64,000 nt of DNA from Chrysomallon squamiferum. Its lineage: Eukaryota > Animalia > Mollusca. The DNA lies in contig CM022665.1 of NCBI GenBank assembly GCA_012295275.1, positions 41,044,001 through 41,108,000 of the forward strand, written 5' to 3'. The notes beneath the pieces were generated by a model, which saw only the letters and a program-made list of their open reading frames with translations, was not told the origin of the DNA and did not search any database. The position numbers and the translations under genes are program-made. Shown piece by piece: positions 29,760 through 39,852 of the stretch. The first letter of the stretch is position 1. Each line of letters opens with the position of its first letter.

Positions 29760-29933
29760 TTTCTATTATTATTATTTATTAATTAATTTATTTATTTTTT
29801 ATAGGATAACAACTGGAAATGTGACAAGACATGTGATTCTGGATTCCATACTCTGCCAGAACTGAAACCAGAGGAACTGAGACAACACTGGAATAACAAA
29901 ATATCTTGTAAAGATCCTTGCACACAGTGTTAA
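9083..29933 (+). CDS. B3GALNT2: UDP-GalNAc:beta-1,3-N-acetylgalactosaminyltransferase 2 (GT31 family), 5'-partial; exons 9083-9190, 12244-12322, 12844-13027, 23717-23839, 25932-26091, 29298-29354, 29805-29933
   Basis: Seven GT-AG exons join in consistent phase into 279 aa plus stop. Motifs YGDIVRVGVVDIYRNLPRKLL, FVLKTDDDC (DxD), WWGSFRNEW.V.RHGKW, YPKFACGSG, GEDVAMGIWL and C-terminal CKDPCTQC* match the B3GALNT2 catalytic domain as I recall it. Upstream exons lie outside the window. Confidence 0.93.
11720..12230. repeat. Degenerate (TAC/TAT/AAC)n trinucleotide low-complexity tract
   Basis: Direct inspection; similar tracts at about 14190-14490, 15215-15720 and 47865-48330. Confidence 0.85.
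12244..12322 (+). CDS. B3GALNT2: B3GALNT2 internal exon (ALNEDHTDMKDSSNSFSLVSFMFTVQ)
   Basis: ttgcag| acceptor, G|gtataa donor, 79 nt; restores phase between the flanking exons. Confidence 0.75.
12844..13027 (+). CDS. B3GALNT2: B3GALNT2 exon (EMDSLNAH...YRNLPRKLLLFHQW)
   Basis: tttag| acceptor, TG|gtagga donor; GT31 motif E...YGDI...D.Y.NL..K. Confidence 0.92.
16925..17150. repeat. Degenerate ~30-bp minisatellite (caataaaatccaatacattataata...)
   Basis: About seven imperfect copies. Confidence 0.75.
17698..17875. repeat. Three imperfect copies of aaaattacttattttggaagat...caatatggtgga
   Basis: Copies near 17698, 17770 and 17828. Confidence 0.7.
21951..22077. repeat. (ATTTTT)n followed by a long poly-T run
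   Basis: Direct inspection. Confidence 0.95.
23717..23839 (+). CDS. B3GALNT2: B3GALNT2 exon with KTDDD (DxD) motif
   Basis: ttttag| acceptor, AG|gtaaga donor; IAENFKVRFVLKTDDDCLVDMENI...KVWWG; absent from the ORF track. Confidence 0.93.
25932..26091 (+). CDS. B3GALNT2: B3GALNT2 exon (FRNEWLVERHGKW...YPKFACGSG...HVFQ)
   Basis: tttttag| acceptor, CAG|gtatct donor; true frame differs from both ORF-track ORFs here. Confidence 0.93.
29298..29354 (+). CDS. B3GALNT2: B3GALNT2 exon (GEDVAMGIWLAAINPAYIQ)
   Basis: tttaag| acceptor, CAG|gtaaat donor; GT31 EDV..G motif. Confidence 0.92.
29697..29758. repeat. (TG)n microsatellite just upstream of the last B3GALNT2 acceptor
   Basis: Direct inspection. 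Confidence 0.95.
29805..29933 (+). CDS. B3GALNT2: B3GALNT2 last coding exon (DNNWKCDKTC...CKDPCTQC*)
   Basis: tttatag| acceptor; TAA at 29931-29933; Cys-rich C-terminus. Confidence 0.92.
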   Translation, partial: DNNWKCDKTCDSGFHTLPELKPEELRQHWNNKISCKDPCTQC

Positions 29934-29974
29934 TGGCTGTATCCATCACACTGGAACATTGTCAAACCAATCAA

Positions 29975-30588
29975 GGTAAAAAAAAAAGGTCACAGAAAAA
30001 AACACAAAAAAAACAACACAGGAAAACAAGTTACAGGAAAAAAAAAAAAAGTCACAATTTTTAATTAAGAAATATATTAGCAATGAAAGATAGATTAAAC
30101 ACATTTTGTGTTAATGCTCTTTGATGTTAATGTTGGAGGTTTAGGTGCATGTTCCACCAAATACCACAAGGAAAAAATTCTGCCACAGTCTTGCAGTCCT
30201 CAAGACTGTTGACACACAAGTTATGAAGATGCTGTTGTAGTTGGACGTAACATCGATGAATCTGAAGTCGAGGTGGGTTGTCAACCACGTCCTGCTGGAT
30301 GATGGTGATCACTGTTGCCTGCTCACATTGAAACCACTCAACAACTCACCAGGTTGATGGGTGGTAGCAGCCCACAAGGTTGAAGAACATGTTGTTCCAA
30401 CCTTCACTCAATTACCCCATGCATTCTGTGTTGCCACATTCAGTACTCTACAAACCCATACATTTTGTTATATAAAATGTGTGACTGTTTTTTTCTTGTG
30501 ATTTTTTTTTTTCCCCAATATTAAATTGTGACTTTTTTCTGTGACTTTTTTTTTTTCCTGTGACTTTTTCCCTGCCAAACCACCCTCC
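29975..30588 (-). mobile_element. Degenerate, internally deleted Mutator-like (MULE) DNA transposon
   Basis: Terminal arrays of (GG)AAAAAAGTCACA at about 29975-30060 and their inverse TGTGACTTTTTT(CC) at about 30478-30576. The interior minus strand 30408-30127 reads SEGWNNMFFNLVGCYHPSTW*VVEWFQCEQ...LQQHLHNLC...KTVAEFF, like the C-terminus of animal MULE transposases (EGWNN.F..LVG..HP.IW), with an in-frame stop. Confidence 0.75.
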
Positions 30589-31349
30589 TTTCATTAATAG
30601 CAGAGATTCAAGAATTTTACCATTCATTGTCTTCCATTTACATCTATAGTTCAAGAATTGGTTAAAGAAACAAATGAATTCATTTACAATACACAACCAT
30701 CTGTTCTGAAATTCGCTGACAAAACAAATGAGTCATCTTTATTGATAATGGATTTCAGGACATCTGAACGCATTTATATTATAAAACACAATACTATTAA
30801 AGTGGTTTATAGTAGTATTAATTGCACAGTAACAAGGTTCAAGTTTGATACAATGCAAATAAATAAAATGGATATGTTTATTGTTAGTGGACAATCTTTA
30901 GCTTGTGGACTGTGACCATTAGGAGAAATTACATGTAATTAACAAAAGAAAAATAAATAAAAATAATATACCCCCAAAAAAAACAACAATAACAACATCA
31001 ACAAAAAAAGCCCAGATGTTGGGGGAAAAAAATGTTAAAACAAAAAACAGATGGTCTACTTTTTAAATTTATTTTTATTTTGAATTTTTTTTTAAATTAT
31101 TTACCATCACTTTTCTTTGTTGTTTATTTATTTCAATAATTGTCAGTTTTGCATTTCCATGTCTTTATATACATACACTTTGTGTTATTATCATAATTTA
31201 TCATTAGTGAACACAGACCTCAGAGAAACTCAATTTAAGCACACATTTTGTTTCCATCTTACAAGTAATAATGTATAAACAATAAAAATAATACAAGTGT
31301 AACGTATTTCGCTTTTAAGCACTTGGTCTTTAATAAAAGTAACATAATC

Positions 31350-32350
31350 AGTTAAATTCCACATGATACAGAACAGATGTTCAGTACATGAACACTTCAA
31401 TAACAATAAAGTTAAATCTATAGCAAGATATACTGCAGCTTTTCAGCTGTTTTTGAATATAAATACTTTAATAAAAATAAATTCCACCAGATACAGAACA
31501 GATGTTCTGTACATAAACACTTCAATAACAATAAAGTTAAATCTATAGCAAGATATACTGCAGCTTTTCAGGTGTTTTTGAATATAAATACATTAAATAA
31601 AAATACAAAGTTAAATCTATAGCAAATATATTGTGTGGTTTTTCAAATAGTGTTGAAAAATATCACTTTAATAAAAATAAATTAACCTTTACTTCTAATA
31701 AAATATGATAAATCAATAATGAATATAGTAGAGCTTTTCAAATACTGTTGAATATAAATTGAACATAAATGGAAATAAGTTAAATCTGTTACCGACAGAG
31801 GGCAACCTTTGAACATAAATATTTTATTTTGTAATAAAGGTAACAATCACTTAAATTTATAAGAGGTATTGTGCACTTTACCAGATGTTAGTGGATATAA
31901 ATATTGTAAATAAATTAACTTTTACTTCAAATAAAATGATATTTAGTAAAACATTTCAGATGTGCTTGAAAATAAATACTTTAATGGAAATAATCTGTAA
32001 CATATATAGTGCAGCTTTTGAACATAAATATATATGTTTTTTTTATAATAAGGGTAACACAATTGGTTATTTCTATAAATGTTATAGTACAGTTTTCCAG
32101 ATATTGTTTAAGGTAAGCACTTTGTTGAAAATAAATTTAATTAAAAATCCATCATCGATGCAGCAATTTCAGATGCTGTTGAACATAAATACTTAAATAA
32201 AAATCTATGACAGTAACAGCTTTTTAGATGCTCAATATAAACACTTTGATAAAAATAAAGTTAATAAAAAATCTATAATGCAACTTTGCAGATGCTGAAA
32301 ATAAACACTTTAACAAAAAATAAAGTTAAGAAAAATCTATGTTACACAGC
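31350..32350. repeat. Degenerate satellite: near-identical ~125-bp duplication followed by diverged ~60-bp subunits
   Basis: aaattccac..gatacagaacagatgttc...gttaaatctatagcaagatatactgcagcttttcag at about 31354 and 31479; related ttttcagatgct...aaatactt..ataaaaata units continue to about 32350. Confidence 0.8.
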
Positions 32351-35300
32351 TTTGCTTGAGATTAAGAACAGATGAAGTAAATATTACAAAACAGTATTTC
32401 AGGATGCTTAGAGGATAAGCAGAAAAAGACTGATTATACTGGTCTGAAGTACATTTATACTTAACAAGCAAAATAATAATAAAAAAAAAAAAATAATAAT
32501 AATAATGTGGGTCTATGGTGGGGAAAACTGACCCACTCTCCTCTCAAATAATAATAAATTAATAAATTAAACCAAAAAATAATAGAAACTATAAAATAAG
32601 ACAAATGAGGTAGAAAATATTAAGTTAAGTTTTAGAAGTTATAATATCTGTCTTGTATTTAAATTCATGAACGTAAAACCTTTTTTAATGGGTTAATTAA
32701 TAAGTCAGGTATTGTGTTGTGACTGATAACAACAATGTCTTTGAGGTTAAATGAACAGCCGGGTTAATTTTTTAGATATATAATTAAAGATGTTAGGTTT
32801 CTTCATAAACAACTGTTAGTTATTTAAGTACTATTAAAAACAAAACTTTTTTCTTATTTTTCTTTTTTTTAAATTTAACTCCCAAAAATACCTGTTTACA
32901 TCATTCTTAACTGATACCATTGATTTCATAATAAAAAATAATAAAAGTAAAAAAAAAAAACATCTTCTGGTCATAATGACATGATGGTATTTTTTATAAT
33001 GGAAAAATTCACATCTTACATGGACACTTGACATTGTGTCATTATTAGTAATTGAAACTGTTCTGTGTCTTCAAGGACATTTTACTTGAAAATACTGCAT
33101 ACATACACAGAATGTTATTACAAATCAGCTATTGAAGCAAGCATCCTTCTTTTACGATTAATAAGCTTGTCATTTTTACTTCTAACATATATAAAATATA
33201 TGACATATATTGGGGCATTGAAATAACACATAACAAATAATAGAATACATTATGGTTCAGTAGATATTGAAGCAAAAACCTTTTAAATGTTCTAGCTGAG
33301 ATTTGTGTGTTTTCATTTTATGTTTGTAAAGCTTCAAGTTAAAATTCTCTTTCAACTGCCCAGGATACACTACATAATGAATTATAAAATTAATCAAAAA
33401 CATTTTTCAAACACTACTTAATTGTTCAGAGAAGAATGTTTTTTTTTTTTTTTTTTTTTAACTTCAGATGAATCTAAACTGTTTGTAAAATTTCAAATAT
33501 CAATTAATTTTATGAGCTGAAAATATCTCCTTAATTTCAAATGAATCCAAAATATTTGTAAAACTTCAAATACCAATTAATGTTTAAGAAAAATAATTAT
33601 GAATAGAAAATAAACTGCTTAGCAATTTTTAATTTTTTTTATTATTACTTGTGTCATGTGTGTAATTAAATCTAAACTAATTATTTGATGCAGAGAAAAT
33701 ATATTCAACTCTTAAATCTAAAATGTTTGGCTTTTTACTGATATTTATGTAATTTCAAGTTTAATTTATCTCGAGGTGAAAAAAGTATTTGTATATAGAG
33801 ACTACATCAAATTAATTAAGAGTTTTGTGCTTTAATGTCATAAACAAAATATAGATGTCAAAATATTTTAATTGTTGATTAAATATCAATTCATGCTTTT
33901 ATTTTATTGTTTGGCTTCAGATTTGAACTAATTTCAGATAAAGAAAATATTATTTAGAATCAAGAAATAATCAGAAGTATCTGTTTGTTGCTGTTTACAT
34001 ATGTAGAAATTTATGTTCAGAAAATGAACAGGAGACTGGTGAATGAATTTATAATTTTTTCAGAGATTGCTGAAGCTGCTAAACTTTTTCATTTAGATGA
34101 AAAAAATGTATTCTTATCTTTATTAAAAGTCAGTAAACAGTTAAAAAATGTAAAAAAGTTAGTATATAGTTTAAAAGTATGTTTCTTGTTATTCAAATTT
34201 TACATTTAGAAGAGAGAAACGTATTTATCTGCTTTGTGAATAGTTAATAAATAATTCAAAAATGTATTGTTAATTGTTAAAACTTGGCAAAAAAAATTCT
34301 GGACTTTGTGTTATTAGTTTAGAAGGTGAAAGTGCTTTCACTTTTTTAATATCTGCTATTTATGGCAGAGTCAATGAACATTGAAAAAAACATGAGCTAC
34401 ACACTGTGAGTTTCTGTGCATGTATGTGTGTATATGTATATGTATATATGTGTAAATGTGAATATATGTCTGTGTGTCTTTTTGTGCATGTTCACATGCA
34501 TATTTAATTGTGAATGTATGTGTGTAAATGTGAATGTGTGTCTGTGTGTGTGTGTATGCATAAATGTGAATGTATGTCTGTGTGTCTGTGCATGTATATA
34601 TATATATGTATATGTATATGTATGTGTGTATCTGCACATCACTTATGTCAGCTAATGATTAAATGGATTGGTGTGACAAAAAATAAAAATGAATGACTGC
34701 TGATATTTTAGTAGCTTCAGTGCATTAGAAGAAAAACTGTTAGCACTGCAACAAATCTATTATTTTATTCACTGATGCCAGTTAAAACACACTGATTTTA
34801 TTCTCTGTCATCAGCTGTCACAGATCAAACACTTGTATTTTGAACAGTCAGTCCATCTGGTACAGCTATTATGGAAAAAATTGACACATCGAGAAACAAC
34901 AAATCAATTTGACATCACACATCCATTACTATCAGGTGATGAAGTAAAGCTGTTTCTTCTGAACTGTTGAAAGGTTCTACTTCTGAAACAGATAATGCTG
35001 ACATTTCAATTTTTTTTCACAGCTTGCCATCTAATAAAAAGAATAATAAAATAAACACATGTCATTTTAGATTGTTCTTTGTCACCTTCTGCTGTATCTG
35101 ATATGATGATATATCAGTAAAACACAATCTCTTATCAGTCCTCCTGTAGGTATAGATTGAAACTGTTCTTTTTCCTTTCTTTCCAATTTTTTTATTTTTT
35201 ATTTCTAACCTTTACATATACTGTTCTAGTCACAGATTCATGTTATTTTATTTATTTATTTATTTTTGCAGCATTATTATTATATGTCAATGAAATTCAA

Positions 35301-37003
35301 TTTTAATTTAAGTACGGATTCAAATTGTTATTATTATTATTTTTGTTAATATGTTTTGCAATAGGTATCATATATCAGTGAAATTTAATTCTGATCAAGG
35401 TATGGATTCAAACCGATATTTTTATTATTGGTTATTGTTTTTGGTGGTGTTTTTTTTTGTTTTTTGTTTGTTTTTGCAACAGATATAAAAAATCGAAGAA
35501 ATTCAATTCTAATTCTGAAGCTATGGATTTGAATATATATTTATGCTCTGACCCTAAGCAACAGTATCACAAAACTAAACATTACATGTCTTGGATGTCT
35601 GAACTTCAGAGTTCATATGGGGGTAGTGTCCACTATTAGAATATGGTATCAGGCTTTATGGGACATCACGTTTTTGGACAGAATTTTCTGCAAGATTTCA
35701 TAATTGCACCCTCTTCTTATTGAAAATGACATCAACAAAAATAAAATTGACAATATTACTTTATTATCATTTAATTGTCAGCAATATTTAATAAAACAAC
35801 AATATTTAAGTATTTAAAACCAGTGATTTTGTTTTTTTCTCATGAATTATAATCCATCAGTGAATACATGTTCTACATAGAATGAGATAACCAGTTGAAG
35901 TAACATATTAAGATCTGGCCAATATGAAATTTAAAAAAAAAAAAAAAAAAAAAAGGAATAAAGTAATAATAATAATAAAAAATATAGAATGAAAAAAAAA
36001 AAAAAAAAAATCCAAAAAAAAAAAAAAAGATGAATAATAATAAAGAAAAAAAAAAAAAAAGAATGAAAAGAAAAGAGACTATGACCTGAAATCAGTGAAC
36101 TGTAACAAGCAGGTTATTGTAATCTAGGTTACTGAATAAGTGAAAATGAAAAACCTTTCTGTGGCTCTACACTGAATTATAGAAGAAGTCTGGATGTTAG
36201 CTCTCTTATATAGTATTATATATAGGCCTACATACATATATTGATTAAAGATAATAATTCTCTCTCTTTCATACACACACACAAACACAGAGAGATATGT
36301 ATTAGCATATAAATAATATAATAATAAAAAGAAGAAAGCTTTAATTCATTATATTTTTAATTTTTGAAGCTTGTAATTATTATCTGTTGGAAAGAATTTT
36401 TATTTTTATATATATAACATATGTGATGTAGCCAGCCATGGCCTGCATAATAGATATTTCTTTTTCACATCTATCAAATTAAAGTTTATCTGTAATAATA
36501 TAATTATTATTTTTTATTTATTCTTTAATAATAAAACTTTAAAAAAAATATGTAAAAAAAAAAAAAAAATTAATTTAAATTAAAAAATAACCTCCACAAT
36601 TGTACACCAAATTTGTTTTTAACATTTGTGTAATTTTTGGCTCATTTATTTTAGTATTGACCATATAATTTAAAATCAGCAATCCAAGATACAGTACATA
36701 TTTGAATCAACTGTATGTACATTTGTTATATTTATTATATAATATATCTAAGATTGTGTCAAATAAATTCTGTTGTAGCAGAAGATGAAAAAATAAAACA
36801 AAAATAAAAACAAAATAAAAGATGGCTCGACAAAAAACACACAAACAAACAAAAACAAAACAAAAAACAAGAGAAAAACATGATATATTTGAACACAATG
36901 TATTATTAGCAATTACTGGAATAATTACTTAAGGTTGACAGAAAGAACACAGTTTACTGTTAAATAACATTGATTTGTTTGAAGAACACTTATTTATTCT
37001 TAA

Positions 37004-37140
37004 CGTTGACAGTTATGAAGAAAACAGTTAACTTGTAATTAAAGTTGACAGTTATGAAGAAAATAATTTAATTAAAGTCTTCAGTTATGAGGAAAACAAT
37101 TTACTCTTAATTATACAGTTGACAGTTATGAAGAAAATTT
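37004..37140. repeat. Four imperfect copies of gttgacagttatgaagaaaa
   Basis: Copies near 37005, 37044, 37077 and 37118. Confidence 0.8.
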
Positions 37141-38526
37141 ACTTTCAATAAGTGTGAAAAAAAAATGTATTGTTAAATTTGACTGTTATAAGTTTTACGC
37201 TGATAAAATTTTCTGTTATTTATTATGCATCATTTACCAGGTATCTGGTACACACAGTTTCCAATCAGATTTAAAACTGATGTTGAAATGATTTACTCTG
37301 CTATATAAAAAATAAATATATACAAGTAACTATGTTTTCTACAATAACAATTACTAAACTTTTTAATGAGACAGATAGAATCCATCCAAAATATTCTTGT
37401 ACACTATAAAACATTAAATAACAATATTAATAAGAATAACATTTTGCGAAGAAAATAAGAACATTAAATTTTTTTTTTTTAATACAGATATGATTCATAA
37501 AGAACACAATGTGCAAAATATAAATATAAACTGTATTATTTATAAAATAATATTCCAATTTCATATGCAATATGCATATGTGATATTATGTTATATTTAT
37601 TAAATAAACTAAACTCTGTTGTTCAAAATCTGATTAAATCATCTTCGCTTCATGCAGTTTAAAAACATAAGAAAGAGCATGATCTAAATTAATTTCATTA
37701 ACAACTTTTTGTATAACATTGATAACCCTCATGGCAAGACCATGGTGATGCAATCACCCAAACCACAAATACACCACAATCTCTAAAACAAGACAGTGAC
37801 TGCATATCTCAGCTTGTTGATATGCAACAATATTCTTCATTGATTGGATGATCACGAATAAGCCAATCAAAATGTGTGATACATCTGTTCCAAAAGATGA
37901 CAAACAGAAAATATAATCGTGCAATTTTTGATGACATGTACTTTATAACTGTTTGGCAGTATTGTAATGAGAGAGATATCAGCAGTTTTTTTTTTTTATT
38001 AATAATAAATTATGAAAAATCTTTGGAATATAAAGTCAAAAAAAAAAAAAAAAAAAAAAAAAAATTGGGATTTCCTGAAGTGTTTCTGTGATAGATGTAA
38101 TTTTAAAGTATATAAAGAAAGTAAATAAATGAAAACTAATTTTATCAAGAAAAGTCTCCAGAATTTCATAATGAAATTCCCTTAAACAGAGATATAAATG
38201 CATAATTTTATTATTATTATTTTCAAAATGTATGTTTATGTACAAAAATAATATTATTAATTCTAAAAAATAAATATAATTCTGGGATATCTAAAGAATG
38301 TTAATAATCTAAGTTCTATCCATACAGTAAGTATTTGTAAGTGGTATTATGACAAAAGGCCACATTAATAAAAAAAAGTGGTCATATGAACAATCATCAA
38401 CACAGAAGTAAGTAGATCACTGCAATTCCAGTATTTATAATACTAAAAGTTCTAACAGGAAGAAAAAATAAAAATAAAAATAAATAAAACCCCCAAAAAA
38501 ACAAACAGTTAAGATTCATTCATATA

Positions 38527-39210
38527 TCATACAGTTTCTTTTACAAGTCCATTTGGCTGTTTTTCCTCGCTAGAAGTGGAAGAATTTATTTCATTCTTTG
38601 CTTTATTCACAACAGGATTTTGTGAATACATAAACACGGCTATACTAACAATGAAAATAGACACGATGGTGAAAACATTGATAGGAATACCAAATATAAA
38701 CCAGCAAAGAATAGCAGTGAACAACAGTTCGAGAGCGCTGGCAAACGTTTTTAAAATAGAGTTCAGACTTCGAAGAAAAAGACTGGTTATGATGCCATTG
38801 GCGGCATTGTTGAACATTATTGCTAAAACAATGGGTTTGGCCAGCGCTGACAAGCTGTCCATTGTGAAGGCCCCACTCAGCTCCCCTTTCAATCCCAGCA
38901 TGACAAAATTGCATACGATGGAGTCTATGTACATGAAAATGTTCTGCATCATTATGTGGACGTCGCAGCCTTTGTCTTTAAGCAGATACTCATTGTAGAC
39001 ACCGGCAAAGCACGACGAGAACACCTGCACCAGGATGAGGCCGAGGTGGATGTCGAAAAAGGAAGAGAGGGTGAACTCCTTCGCCTCCACATTCGCCTCC
39101 GACTTGTTAGTGTGCGTGAAATGTCGGTTAATGTCTTTAATAACGCAACCCACAGTCAACAAGAGAAGTGAGCCCCACTGCAATGCACTCAGTTTCTTCT
39201 TGAAGAGAAT
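38527..39210 (-). CDS. senju: senju-like last coding exon (ILFKKKLSALQWGSL...GLVKETV*)
   Basis: ttttttcag| acceptor; TGA at 38529-38527; matches ORF 38527..39183. Confidence 0.94.
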   Translation of the reverse strand: MLFKKKLSALQWGSLLLLTVGCVIKDINRHFTHTNKSEANVEAKEFTLSSFFDIHLGLILVQVFSSCFAGVYNEYLLKDKGCDVHIMMQNIFMYIDSIVCNFVMLGLKGELSGAFTMDSLSALAKPIVLAIMFNNAANGIITSLFLRSLNSILKTFASALELLFTAILCWFIFGIPINVFTIVSIFIVSIAVFMYSQNPVVNKAKNEINSSTSSEEKQPNGLVKETV

Positions 39211-39804
39211 CTGAAAAAATAAAGATTAAGAAAAATTATTTTACACTGACAGTAACAAAAAGTTTCATTTTCAGAAATAATAATGAGGATGGTATTTCTT
39301 TCCAGTAATAATAACGATGATGATGATGATGATGATGATAACAACAGTAATAATAATTTGATTATGTTTTATTCAAATAAGAATAATGATAACATTTTCC
39401 AGTAATAATAATTATCTTTCCAATTATAACAATAACGATAACATATTTATTTTTAATAATAATGACTTAATTTTAGTCTTTTCCTTTGTGAGTTTTTCTT
39501 TTCAGTTTTAACCTGTTTAACATCTGAATAAAAAAAAACATGACTTATTTAAAATACAGTAACTTTTTTTTCTTTTACTCATGTGATATTCTGACCATGG
39601 AGAAACCAAATAAAAAAAAATATATAAAAAAACACCCACATAATATATACAGTAGCAACAGTAATTTCCCAAAATACCAATAACAACAAGTATTAGTATT
39701 ATTATACTAGATCCTGTAACAATAATCATGATGGTGATTTTTTAAAATATATTTTTAACATCTTACTTTATGCTTGTGTATGTGTGTACATTGCACACTC
39801 ACAT

Positions 39805-39852
<48 letters not shown>

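Noticed and set aside
38515-38529. Stop-codon readthrough or selenocysteine at the senju TGA
   Set aside because: Context is TGA-TAT rather than TGA-CTA, a TAA follows within five codons, and no SECIS was recognised.
38576-39171. Plus-strand ORFs of 140 aa and 71 aa
   Set aside because: Antisense shadows of the senju last exon.
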